A stretch of DNA of 64,000 nt, from NCBI RefSeq assembly GCF_006345805.1, contig NC_043009.1:43834001-43898000 (forward strand), read 5' to 3'. Source of the stretch: Octopus sinensis. Taxonomy: Eukaryota. The notes under the pieces were generated by a model. That model saw only the letters and a program-made list of their open reading frames with translations, was not told the DNA's origin and made no database searches. How positions within the stretch are numbered: position 1 is the first letter of the stretch; each line of letters starts with the position of its first letter. Of this stretch, positions 1 to 13,094 are shown piece after piece. The position numbers and the translations under genes were made by a program.

Positions 1-377
1 TGTGTCTGTGTGTATGCTTATATATGTCAGTGTGCGTTTTTATGTATGAAATGATGAAATCAGTCTTGCAGCATCATTTTCGCAACTTTTTATCAAACCC
101 ATTCCTGTTTGTGTAATTCCATATTCATTGTGCCGTTCGCCATATTTTATACAGTCACCAAATGAATTATTGTTGTCGCCGCCGGCGCCGCCTTCGTCGT
201 TGTTCTTGTTCTTGTTGTTGCTGCTGCTGACTAAGTCCTCCCTTTCGTTGATACGCGGTTTATTTTTCAAGGTTTGCCGTTTTTCAGAGATTTTTACGCT
301 CACTTTTTACCCCTTCATGTCGTCTGCAACTTTTGCCAATCTTGATATCATTATCATTATTCTCTTTTACTCTTTTA

Positions 378-553
378 CCCTGTAACTTGTTTCAGTCATT
401 TGACTGTGGCCATGCTGGATCACCGCCTTGAGTCGAGCAAATCGATCCCAGGACTTATTCTTTGTAAGCCTAGTACTTATTCTATTGTTTCTTTTGCATC
501 GGTTGTCAAGCGATGTTGGGGGACAAACACATACACACAAACATATACACACA

Positions 554-614
<61 letters not shown>

Positions 615-783
615 TACGACGAGCTTCTTTCAGTTTCCGTCTACCAAATCCACCCAATAGGCTTTGGTTGGCCCGAGGCTATAGTAGAAGATACTTGCCC
701 AAGGTGCCACACAGTGGGACTGAACCTAGAACCATGTGATTAGTAAGCAAGCTACTTACCACACAGCCACTCCTACGCCTATA
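378..783 (-). mobile_element. tRNA-derived SINE, family A (CORE-like), near full length with internal (TA)/(CA) tract
   Basis: The reverse complement matches the plus copy at 14559-14965: tRNA-like head, CACCTTGGGCAAG CORE-like segment, and tail ending CAGTCAAATGACTGAAAC. Confidence 0.85.
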
Positions 784-1141
784 ACTTACCACACAGCCAC
801 GCCTAAGCCTATAATTATTGTATAAGTTATGATGATTTTTGCTTATCATACATTATGCCTCAAAGATTTGCTATGCTATAGACATATACCAACACACACA
901 CACACACACACATTAGCGACAGAGGTAGCATTAATACTGAGAAGTAAAACTTATTTCCACTTAAATGTGGATGTTCTATGAGAACAAACTTTACTGCGGT
1001 AGTTGCCATGAGAGAAACTCTCACTTTGACTTTTTGATGCAAAATGGACGCTACCAGCAGCGTGGAGACCACTAGATCACGAGATTTCGACCTTATTTGG
1101 TCTTATCAATGATGGACACTTGAACTTTAGAGACGGCAACA

Positions 1142-1197
<56 letters not shown>

Positions 1198-1266
1198 TGT
1201 GTGTGTGTGTATGTGTGTGTGTATATGTGTGTGTGTGTTGTGTGTGTGTGTGGTGTGTGTGTGTGT

Positions 1267-1560
1267 GTGGTTAGGCAGCGGACTCGTGGTCGTAGGATCG
1301 CGGTTTCGATTCCCAGACCGGGCGTTGTGAGTGTTTATTGAGCGAAAATACCTAAAGATCCACGAAGCTCCGGCAGGGGGTGGTGGCGATCCCTGCTGTA
1401 CTCTTTCGTCACAACTTTCTTTCACTCTTTCTTCTGTTGGCCTGCTCGCTTAGCCAGTGGGGTGGCGTTATTTGAAGGCTAAAACAATGCGAAGCGCATT
1501 GTGACCAGCGATGTGTAGCAACATCTGATAGCCTGGTCAGTCACGGTGATCACGGTGATA
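1267..1560 (+). mobile_element. tRNA-derived SINE, family B (tail type 1)
   Basis: Head GTGGTTAG..GGTTTCGATTCC with A/B-box-like motifs; collinear with 18084-18358; ends TCACGGTGATCACGGTGATA before (TA)n. Confidence 0.85.
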
Positions 1561-1739
1561 TATATATATATATTATATATATATTATATTATATATTAGT
1601 ATATATATATGTATGTATGTATGTGTATGTATGTATGTTGTATGTATGTATGTATGTATGTTTGTATGATGTATGTATGTTTGTATGTATGTATGTGTAT
1701 GTATGTATGTATGTATGTATGTATGTATGTATATGAGCA

Positions 1740-2210
1740 GATTTGTATGTTTGTTTTATGTAGGTATTCTCATGCATATATTTGCATATCTAGATGATGC
1801 TCATATATATTTAAATTTTAAACTTCTGGAAAGTTTTACTGATTTTTAGTTCCAGTGATGGACTGGATCAGTAGTCTTCGAATTAGCTTTCTCCTTTTTG
1901 GTTCTGAGTAGCGTATTTTCTCAAGATTGGTATTTAGGCAGTGTGTTACGTATCTGAGGGCTCCGATAATTACAGGTATAAATCTGAACTTGTAATCTGG
2001 ATAGAGTAACTGCAGATTTCTCAGTAGTTCAGCATAGGTACTCACTTTTTCACTAATCTTCAGCTTTATGTTTACATCCGCTGGGCAGCTAATTTCCGCA
2101 ACTCCACATAGTTTCTCTTCTCTATCCCAAATTCTTATCTCAGGTCTGTTGTGCTTACATTTTATTGAGATTTTCACTGGGACATTCTACCAGTACTCGT
2201 TTTTATTATG
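1740..2210 (-). mobile_element. 5'-truncated REL-endonuclease LINE (R4/Dong-like) 3' end
   Basis: ORF 1836-2177 reads KHNRPEIRIWD..C..AEISCP.D.N..K..EK..Y..L...FIPVIIGAL, the PD-(D/E)xK REL signature. The 3' end runs into (CATA)n. Confidence 0.8.
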
Positions 2211-2429
2211 AGTGTGTTTGTGTATGAGTGTGTATGAATGTGTGTGATAGTGTGTTTATACAGAAACATATTTATGGTCAGAAAAAGAGGAGAGAGCAAA
2301 TATCTTTTCTTCCTAAAACGTAAATGAAATCAGTAGAAGTGGAGATATTTACGGAAGAAAATCCTTTTTGCATACATATTGGTTTCAGCGAGAGGTTCCA
2401 TCCATACTGGGGCATTGTCATTAGTGTTA

Positions 2430-2870
2430 ATGCTTGCTTATTTCAAATTCATTTCCAGGTGACTAGGTCTGGTAAAGTAGTAAGTTGGACAAAATTGCCC
2501 TTCTTAGCGTTGCCTGTCACGATGTGGATTCATCTGGTAACACAGATAAAAATTTGCCTAAATGTTCCTCGAACACAATCACATCTACCCCTAGAAGGTC
2601 TTTAAAGTTTTGGGGGAAGGTATTGCAAAACTATTGACCCTTGAACCCAGAATTGTTGCAATATTGGGTCCTTACTCTTGTTAGAGAGATACAGAGAGGA
2701 TATTTGGTGATATGCAGTAACATCTAGTTCGGTACTTGGTATAGCTTTCAATCCCGAAGTTGTGTGCTGGACCTTTCAGGAACCTACATATTTATTTAAC
2801 ACTGCATAACGTTTATATCTTCTCTCTTGGAAGTAAGAGCCACATTTCTTTTAGAATCTCTCAGTAGCAC
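2430..2870 (-). mobile_element. Decayed CR1-like LINE 3' fragment
   Basis: The reverse complement is collinear with 33074-33436 and has a remnant KRRYKRYAV where related elements read RRRERY. Multiple stops and frameshifts. Confidence 0.6.
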
Positions 2871-2989
2871 ATCTGTTGCAGTGGCCTCGGATTATAGGAA
2901 GCCCGTCGCATGTACGTGTATGTGTGTGTGTGTGTATGTGTGTGTGTGTGTGAGTGTGCGCGTGTGTGTGTGTGAGAGTGTCTGTTTGA

Positions 2990-3023
<34 letters not shown>

Positions 3024-3406
3024 TAGTTTCAAGCTTTGTAGCGAACATAATTGGCAGCAGTCGTCTAGGCGACTGGGAACGAATTTTCACCATATGTGCA
3101 TATACACGAAAATATATGTGTACTGGAATCGAAATCGGAAATTTGCTGTTACGAGACAAACTTCTTAACCACATGACTATACCTGCCCATGAGATTCAGT
3201 TAAACACACACACACACAAACACACACACACAAACACAAACACTGATACATATTGCGTATTATAAATATTATACCCAAATATATATCATATAATAGATAT
3301 AGATATATAGGTATATATACATATACTACTGTATATGTATATATATCATTACACATGTGAGTGTATGTGTTTGTCCCCGTGATTATGTATTTTTTGTGCA
3401 TATGCA

Positions 3407-3449
<43 letters not shown>

Positions 3450-3540
3450 CACACACACATATATATAAAATACATACATAATATATACATACACATATAT
3501 GTATATATATATACATATATATGCATATGTGTATATATAC

Positions 3541-3572
<32 letters not shown>

Positions 3573-4039
3573 ATATATTTTAATTATACATGTGTGTGTG
3601 TGTATCTGTATAATATAATATATACATACACGCACACATGCATATACATACATATAGCATATACATATATTCGTACATATATACATACCTACATACATAC
3701 ACAGGCGCAAATAATGACAGGGAAGGAGAGAATGTATATATGATTAAAAACGCGACTTTGATGTATTTTTCTTTATTTTACTTGAAATCATTATAATAGG
3801 GATTTTTTTTGTGTTTGAGAGAGTAGAGTGTTGCTTTTGTGGGTTTAAGCCTTTTCGTTTTTGTGAAGGGGCAGGGAGTTTGTTATTTAACCTCCTATAT
3901 AAATGTTCGCACGTCCATAGATGTATATACATGTACATATGCACACATACATACATACATATATATATATATTATATATTGCAAGGCAACTAGAAAATGA
4001 TACATTAGAAGTCGCTTGTGTATGTATGTATATATGCAC

Positions 4040-4088
<49 letters not shown>

Positions 4089-4118
4089 TACATACATACA
4101 TATATACATACATATTTA

Positions 4119-4149
<31 letters not shown>

Positions 4150-4873
4150 ATATATTTTGTATGTGCATATGTGTTGTGCTTTTGTATCTGGAGTGCTGTG
4201 TGTTTGTGTGCGCGCGTACGTGTGTGTGTGTGTGTGTGTCTTTGGGCTTTATTCTGCCATATTGTTTCAAATGTTGCTTTTCTATTGGCCATTGTGAAGT
4301 GGGTGCTGATTCCTCACAATGCCATTAAATGGGGATAGGAAAATATTTAATGCATTTATCATGTGTGTTTGTGATTAATTGTATGTTCACTTCTCGCTTG
4401 TATTGGGGGGATATATAGCAGAGTATTGTTGTATGTGAAAGATATTTTAATGCTGGTGCAACGGTTTCAATGTTTTTAGAGGGTTTTTTTTTTGTTTCGT
4501 TTGTTGTTGTTGGAAGCATTATTATTATTACTTTTATTATTGTTTCTATATTGTTCTATCATTTTTTTTCTAGTTTTTGTTGTGGTTTTTTTTAAAGTAA
4601 AAAACAGAACAGAACAAGGCATTGCAATGTCTCCTTTCTACGCCACACAAAGGTAGAGAACAGGTAAAATAATGTTGTTGTTCACCCTAATACACCTCTT
4701 TTTTCTGTGGTTTTTTTTTCTTTCTTTTTCTTTTTCTTTATTTGCAATGCTCACATTTATATGACAGCCGTGTACGTACATATATAATATGTGTGTGGGT
4801 ATATATGTTTATATACACACACACATATATATATGTATGTATATATATATATATTATATATATATATATCTAT

Positions 4874-4922
<49 letters not shown>

Positions 4923-5175
4923 CATATATCTTCCAATGTATATATATATATGTTAATTACATATTTATGCATATATGATCTTATATTGTATCTATATCTA
5001 TATATATTGTGTGTGTATTATATATGTATGTATGTATATATATATATGTGGATATATATATCTATATATATATATTATATATATATATATATATATAATC
5101 TATATATATATATATATTATATTTATATGTATATGGATGAAAGAATGAATGAATGCGTTTATGTCGAGAAAATGC

Positions 5176-5210
<35 letters not shown>

Positions 5211-5755
5211 TGAGCCAATGATAGATATGTCTGTTTAACAATGGTAATGCTGATTTGGTTTTTCCTAAAATCCTGTTACCCTTCTCAATACATGATAACA
5301 GATCAAATATAAAAATACAAAGGTGAATGTCATTCAGTGATTCTGAAGGGGTTTTCTTTTGTCACTAATTACCTGACATGGCAGTGTGGTTAAAGCGTTT
5401 CTTTTTTCTCAAAAAAAAACACATTGTTTGCGTGTTCAATCTCAGTAATCGAACTGCAAGGGTAGATGTTTTCCAACTGATTTTGGATTAAGGACTTTGC
5501 TTGACAATAAAACCGTTTGGAAGCACATTGAGCAGACCGGTCCTATTCTTGAGTTTTGAGATAATCTATCGCCCAAGTACAGAGATTCTTGGCTCCCATA
5601 TTCACCTTTATGAAATCCACTTAGGGCAAGGTCTTCGATTTCTGATCTTCCACGGATCTAGCAGTATTATAATTATAATTATATATATAATATATATGTC
5701 TATTTGTACGTTTGTATATTATTTATGTGTGTGAGTGTATATATCATATATAGCT

Positions 5756-5787
<32 letters not shown>

Positions 5788-5802
5788 CTATATATAAAAT
5801 AT

Positions 5803-5837
<35 letters not shown>

Positions 5838-5852
5838 CTGGTCTGGGTGTGA

Positions 5853-5883
<31 letters not shown>

Positions 5884-6363
5884 TTTTGTGATCTGTTAGA
5901 TATAAAGACACCCCTTGAATTTGTCGGTAGAGAGGTCAAGTGTCAGCCATTACTAAATCCAGAGGCTACACTCTCTACACTCACATAGGTGCCAAGATAT
6001 ATACCGATGCGGAATACACTGATCAGTTCGAATGTCGGCGAAACAATTGTAAATCTATGTAATGACATAATTTGCTCACTCAACTTTCTTTGTTGATAAT
6101 TATATTAATTCTACAAATATTTTGGAGTTTCTAAAATATGATGCGTGAAAAAGCCATTCTCTGATTTATAGTCATATCCGATAGCTTGCGAAGCCCAGTG
6201 TGAAGAGCAGAATGAAATTGCTATGTACGTATGTATGTATTCATGCATGTATGTATGCATGTATGTATGTATGTATGTATGTATGTATGTATGTATGTAT
6301 GTATGTATGTATGTATATATCTATCTATTATCTATCTATCTATCTAATATCTCTATCTATCTT

Positions 6364-6394
<31 letters not shown>

Positions 6395-6397
6395 GCT

Positions 6398-6450
<53 letters not shown>

Positions 6451-6509
6451 GCATGCATACATACATATATATGCATGCATGATGTATGTATGTATGTATG
6501 TATATGTGT

Positions 6510-7150
6510 GAAAGTATAGCAGCTCTTGTGTTGAAGCAAAGGCTCAGTTGGTGTGGTCATCTGGTCAAGATTAAAGATTCACGGATGCCAAAACAACTAT
6601 TTTATGGAGAGTTAGCTAAAGGAGAACGACCTTCACATAAACCCCAAAAAAAGAGGAATAAAGACTTGCTGAAGGCGTCCTTGAAAGATGTTAGCATCTC
6701 TCCATACACATGGGAGGGCATAGCAGGTAGAGAAGGATTGTGCATGAGGGGACAGCTACTTTTAAGAAATCTCGAGTTGGGCATGAGAAAAGTAAGGAGG
6801 GATGGCACCTCAGTAAAACTGGGCTCATGAGTCATATTCGTAGTCATAAAGCGAGACCGATAATTGACTACCAGGCCGCTGGTGGTGGTGTTACACACCG
6901 TACTAATCATATCTGTCGGGCATGTGGAAGGGTGAGTGATTCAATGGGAGGACTTAAACGACATGCAAAGATACATGAAGCCCAGTTACAACTACAGCCG
7001 GTTATTGCCAGTAAAGGTTCTAGCTGCCAATTCTGTCTAAGACATTGTAGATATTTTAGCTGGCTAAAATGTCAATTCGATCACAGAGAACCGTTAACAG
7101 TTAAAAGCTCGTGAAAATGGCCATACTCGATAACGAGGGGGCAGCCATCA
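6510..7150 (+). mobile_element. RTE-clade LINE 3' fragment with C-terminal zinc-finger remnants
   Basis: Translates as QRLSWCGHLVKIKDSRMPKQLFYGEL..G.R...KKRNKDLLKASLK (RTE C-terminal region), then CRACGR..MGGLKRHAKIH. Frameshifted and flanked by microsatellites. Confidence 0.8.
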
Positions 7151-7158
7151 TATATATA

Positions 7159-7232
<74 letters not shown>

Positions 7233-8313
7233 CAAATATGTGTATGTGTGTGTGTGTGTATTTACAATGTATGTTTTTATTTCAAGTTATACATAAAACT
7301 TTAACACTAAACTGTACGACTACTCAATATTTTTTACACGTTTATCAACCTCTTTCTTTCTAAAATGGTGACAGCGACTTCAAAGTTTCAGCTTGATTCC
7401 CTTCGTCAAACAGTCTGACGAAGTCAAGCAAACCGAAACTTCGGCTCACATTCAACATGCATTTTTAATTATTTTCGATGACGTTAGAGTAGTATTAAAG
7501 GCAAAATTTGCTGCAATTTCATATTGGTCTATCGCCTACGTAGACGTTTACTTGATCACCGACTTCACCCAGCGCTTATGTACACTGACTATAATAATTT
7601 AATACTGCCAGAACCATTGTGATTGTGGGAGGGCTTCAAAGCACTCAGTAACTCCCAGTTTGCAAATAATACAGAGAACATAAATAAAAATGTAATGTAA
7701 AAGCATCGCAACTAAACCTCCTTTATCTCCTAAATAATTCACACAACTCGCTACTGTAACCACCTGGCAAAGAATTCATTAACTTTCCTCGGACCACCTA
7801 CCAATTATCATCACAAAACACACTCATACCACTAATGACATCAAGAAACAGAATCAAAGTTTTCAAAATTCCACAATATTACAATTACCAATATAGACAC
7901 TTCGGTACATATATCCAACAAAATAATTAAAGACGCTTCTAGTAAATAACCTATAAGGCAACTTCAAAAATACAATCCCAATTATTCACCGGAAATGGAT
8001 AAAAACCAGCGAGAACCTCAGCCACAATACACTAATATATACACACAACCCAAATAAAACTTGACATCAAACAAAACTTAACAAGGAAATAATAACAAAG
8101 AAGGAATATAACATAGAAGGCGCAGGCATGATTGAGTTGGTTAAGAAGTTTGCTTTGCAACCACGAGGTTTCGCGTTCCGTCTCACTGCATGGCACTTTA
8201 GGCAAAGTGTCTTATGCTATAGCCTCGTGCCGACTAATGCCTACTGAGTGATTTTGGTAGACGATAATTACGTAGAAGCCCGTTGTATATACATATATAT
8301 ATATATATATATC

Positions 8314-8355
<42 letters not shown>

Positions 8356-8356
<1 letters not shown>

Positions 8357-8504
8357 GCAATTTTTTTTCTTCGTCTTCCCTTCCTTGGATCTTTCCTTTT
8401 CTATGTTTTCTGACGAAGAGCTCCGCTCGAAAGTTAATCCTCCTTCTTTCCTTCCTTTCCTGAGCGTCCAATAACACTATACTTGTGTTTTCATGTTTGG
8501 ATTA

Positions 8505-8508
<4 letters not shown>
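8356..8508 (+). mobile_element. Non-autonomous hammerhead-bearing repeat, family H1 (degenerate, internally deleted)
   Basis: Aligns to 18843-19062. Core CTGACGA-A-GAGC-TCC-GCTC-GAAA-GTTA has lost the C of GAAAC. Confidence 0.7.
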
Positions 8509-8555
<47 letters not shown>

Positions 8556-8762
8556 ATATGAGGTATTGGTATCCAGAACATCAAGGTGGTAGGTAACGCT
8601 ATGTAAGTGCTATGGAAGGACCGTAGTTAAACTTTCGGTCTGATAGTGATATGAATGAGGAGTCCAATGCGGGTCTTGTATAACCATGTATATGTTAAAT
8701 AAAAAGAGACAACAAAGCCATGGCTGTGTAGAATTTTCAGGACATTTACAAAGAGAAAGATA

Positions 8763-8810
8763 ATTTTACAGCTGTTTCTGGGATATTAGGGATATCCCTT
8801 CATCAGAAAC
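8763..8810 (-). ncRNA. Minimal type-I hammerhead ribozyme motif
   Basis: Minus strand reads GTTT-CTGATGA-A-GGGATAT-CCCTA-ATATCCC-A-GAAAC-AGCT-GTA-AAAT: 7-bp stem II, palindromic stem III, GUA cleavage triplet. Confidence 0.7.
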
Positions 8811-9019
8811 GATTTGAGATAGTTAAATAGAGGGAAATATTAGAGTTCAATATGAGGAGTTGTTTTGGAAAAGGAAGCAAATAAGGAGTATATAAGTAAA
8901 TAGGAAGATGAATGTAGAAATAAAAGTGTATAAAAATGTTATAGTTGCAGTTCCATTATCCACAGAAAGTCGTGTGTAGAAGTAGTAGAAATGCTTTACA
9001 TATATATATATATATATAT

Positions 9020-9575
9020 ATACGAGCAAAACGCTCCCCGTCCAATGGACGGTGCTGAAATCATAAATGCTGAATAAAAAGCAATCACTGTTTTCTTTTC
9101 ATTAAAAAATAATTAAGCATATCTTTATTTCAGTAACATTTTGGGTTTTGTTAAACGATGTTAAAGCAAAAAAAAACTTCTTGAGAAACCAAATAGTCTT
9201 TCCTTCCTTCATGCCAAGTTTGAAGAAAATATCTCTTTTTCATCTTACTTCTTTGGTTTCTTAAATATACTGCATTTTGTGGCATTATTTCATGCCAGCC
9301 GGCTTTTTTTCTGCGCACACTGCACGTGCATTTTTCTCACGTACGCGTAGTATCGTTCACAACAGCTGATGTACTTGCGCATACAAATGCACGTTTCCAC
9401 GGCTTTATCGATCGCATTCTCACCTGGAATCGAATTTTGTAATTTTTTTCAAGACTTATACACGCTCTGATACCGTCGGTCTCTACATATCAAATTTAAG
9501 CGCAATCGGATGGAGGATGCACGAGATCCTAGAAGATACACACACACACAGACAGAACGGATTTTTATATAATAT
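9020..9575 (+). mobile_element. Non-autonomous interspersed repeat, possibly Helitron/HINE-like
   Basis: 5' hairpins GAGC-AAAAC-GCTC and CCGTCCA-A-TGGACGG. The 3' 175 bp recurs at 61835-62010 and ends in a (CA)/CAGA tract plus TTTTATATAATA. Class assignment is by resemblance only. Confidence 0.45.
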
Positions 9576-9593
9576 ATATATATATTCACACAT

Positions 9594-9636
<43 letters not shown>

Positions 9637-9639
9637 ACC

Positions 9640-9680
<41 letters not shown>

Positions 9681-10729
9681 TATATACATACATCTGTGTG
9701 TGTTCCTCCCACACGTCGCTTGACAACCGGTGGAGGCTTGTTTACGTCCCCGTTACTTAATGGTGCTGCAAAAGAGATCGATAGGATAAGTACCACACTT
9801 TAAAACAAAATAAGCACTGGTATACAATTATTCGACTTAAACCGTTTAAGGCGGTTCTACAATCTTATGATCATGAGTCCAACACCCAACCAACGAAGCC
9901 ATATGCGCCTCCACAGTCGAAGATCAATGATTGAAACAAGTAATAGAAAAAAGTTTTTAAGTGACAAAAAGGATGATCCTAAGACGGATGATCTGATCCG
10001 AACTGACTTGGAGCTAAACAAAAACAATTGCTGAAAACCGAAAACCTCACAAGGAAGGACACATGATTTATGAGAAAGTGAGAAGCGGCAATGTGTTGCT
10101 ATGATGTTACAATGGGATATTACTCTGCGTTGTTTAGCGTCGTGTTTTACAAATTCTATAATTAAAGTTTCCGGCCGTGACCATCTCGGCTACTTTAGTC
10201 AGATACACAGCATTTATGATTACTGTATGCATTGAATCGTTTATTTTACATGCGGGAGTAATGTCAACTGAGGGAGGCTTACCTGCTATTTCTAGCAGAT
10301 CTAGCAAACATATAGATGTTCTCTAGTTGGTTCAGGCTGTTGTTGGGCCAAGTCGGCCTTCTAAGAACAAAGATGACTCATCACTGAACAGTTCGCATTT
10401 TTTTCATTTTTCTAACTCAATGTATCTAGAAAGACACTATCCAAAACCCTCCCCTTATTTAGCATGGAGTGATTCGAAGGAGATTTGGCTGTTAATTTTA
10501 ACATGTCAAGTGACTGTGTAATTTTGTGTATGTGTGTATATAAGTGTATTTACATTTACACTCATGCATATATATGCATGCTCACAGCATACACCCCTGC
10601 GCACACATGAATGCATTCCTAGGTTCCAACTCGAGCAAACAAACATACATGTACACTTATGTTCGTTCGCCAGAGCAACGAGGACCATCTAGTGATCCTA
10701 AAGAATGACCGATGAGGTGCGCAGTTACT

Positions 10730-11030
10730 TTCTTTAAAATGAAGAAGAGTCAACACCATGTCTGTAACCATCTTCGATCCAATGGCAAGACCAGTTTAAG
10801 AAGACTGAACATGGAGACAGATGCGGTGGATGACCAAAAAAATATTTTGTTTGCTTCATCTTGTATTCTGCACTTAATGCATTACTTGTTGCAATTACTT
10901 TCCTCTCTGCAGAATCATGAAGATTTTTTCTGCAGAGTGTGCCGGATTCAGTCTTCACAGACATAGATAGCCAAGCCCTAATATGCTAATTAACCTTGAC
11001 AGGGGCTGCTACTCCGGATCAGTGCCTAAT
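10730..11030 (-). mobile_element. Possible Gypsy integrase C-terminal remnant
   Basis: SVKTESGTLCRKNLH resembles the SY.VKT..G..YRRNR.HL motif. Short and decayed. Confidence 0.35.
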
Positions 11031-11100
11031 AGTGTCTAAGAAATAGTTTTTTGATATGTACATTTACGCATATACACATACATTTTAATATATGTTTGTG

Positions 11101-11133
<33 letters not shown>

Positions 11134-11655
11134 ATTGCCCAGTTCTCTAGAAATGATTAAAGCGTTCCGATTGTGACCATTCCCTTTTGTTATATTTCGC
11201 TTTGTCTTTTCAAAAGATTAGTATCCCGACATCCTATAACTCTCATTCCATTACTGAAGATAATCAGAAAGTAATTTCAGGCAGGTTTAGCTGTTCTTTC
11301 TAGCATGTCTATATAGTACGCAAGGACTTCAGTCGATTCTTCGTCTATATTTTGTGTCAGGTTTGTAAAGAAGTTGAACAAATTAACCGAAAGCCCGAGT
11401 CAGTGAACTGACGCAACCTCGTCTTCCAGGCAACATCTGGTTCCTTTTAGACAACCACCGACTTCAGTTCTATCGGTTTAATAATCATTTTAACACAACT
11501 GCTCGCTCTACGCACGCACTCACGCCTAGATATGCACGAACGCACGCGCGCACAGAAACACACACACACACACACACTCATATACATACACACATACACA
11601 GATATTCACACATATACATACACACACGTACACAGATATTCACACATACACAGAT

Positions 11656-11690
<35 letters not shown>

Positions 11691-11695
11691 CATAT

Positions 11696-11810
11696 ACAGG
11701 TGCGGTAAGAAGCTTGCTTCCCAACCATATGGTACCGAGTTCAGTCCCACTGCGTGGTACCTTGAGCAAATGTCTTCTACTATTGCCTCGAGCCTACTGA
11801 AGCCTTGTGC
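11696..11810 (+). mobile_element. SINE A 5' fragment
   Basis: GAGTTCAGTCCCACTGCGTGGTACCTTGAGCAAATGTCTT matches the family A head/core. Confidence 0.7.
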
Positions 11811-12309
11811 ACTTGAATACATTCCCAGATTCAAACTCTAGCAAAACACACACACACACACAAATACACATGTGAATTTGTGCGCCTAAGTGTTTTTGTG
11901 TGTACTTGCCTCTCTCTCTATCAGTCTGTATGTATGCATGTATGTATGTATGCATGTATGGCTGTATGTGTGCATGCATGCATGTATGTATGCATATATG
12001 TCAGTACATACGCATATATGTGAGTATGCTCATGTATGTAAAGCTAAACGAAGCGTCAACTGTTCATATGTAACCACCGGTTTGTGTCAATACACAAGCT
12101 GCATATGAACAGCTGAGCGAGTCATGTGTCTTTAAACTGCTCAGTCCAGATCACTATCAATAGGTACCACCTTGTTCATCAGTATAAGTAGTGTAATCGT
12201 GATGAGTGTTTCATTTAATTACAGGACTTTTGTTCAAATCGATTTGGAAAGAGATTATCAGATGAGTGAAAAGTAGAATTTCCTTCGATTTTGCTTCTAT
12301 AAATATCTT

Positions 12310-12440
12310 TTATTTTATCTGTTTCAGTTATTGAACGGTAGCCATTTTGGAGTACCGCCTTGAAGGGTTTTTAGGCGAACGAATTGACCCCAGGATTTAT
12401 TCTTTTAAGCCACTTACTACTCATTCTATCGTTCTCTTTT
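12310..12440 (-). mobile_element. SINE A 3' fragment (diverged)
   Basis: Reverse complement of the family A tail. Confidence 0.6.
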
Positions 12441-13059
12441 TGCCGAACACACTCACACACACACATGTGTATGTATATGGATATGTATATGTGTATGCAT
12501 AAATATATAAAGAATATAAATATATTAAGAACTCAAGATAGATAATGTTAGTGGCTGCAAGCTTAAAGCCGTACAGGCAAAATTAATAGATGCATGTAAG
12601 AATTATATATAACAAGAGCGTTATGAAACACCACCAGCTTTGTTAAAAATAGGAGTCAAAAATACTCCGAAGCCACAAAATTAACACTAGATTTTCGCAG
12701 GCATGGTTGGAAAAAAAACTAAGGGAATAAAGATTGCGTTTTAACTCTGTAAAATTGCTATCATGATTTCGAATTTGATTCTCTTCAGCCAAGTCTACTC
12801 ATAGCAAACCTATGTGTCACTTCAAACATATATATGTGTATACATATATATATAAATATATATTCTTTTACTTATTTCAGTCATTTAACAGCGGCCATTC
12901 CGGAGCACCATGTACATATTTCTATCTCTATGTCCTTCTCTCTTTCTCTCTCTCGCTCTCCCTCTTTCTTTCTCTGCACATATGTATGTATGCATGTGTA
13001 TGAGTGTATATATATATACATACCTACACACACGCACGCACGCATGCACACACACACAT

Positions 13060-13094
<35 letters not shown>

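Larger units (their letters stand above)
8118..9860 (+). mobile_element. Old SINE A split into 5' half (8118-8288) and 3' half (about 9705-9860) by nested insertions
   Basis: Both halves align to 14559-14965. The family's internal (TA)n is occupied by three other repeats. Confidence 0.65.

Noticed and set aside
40-385. Overlapping 85-87 aa ORFs on both strands
   Set aside because: No recognisable domain or convincing splice sites; partly low complexity.
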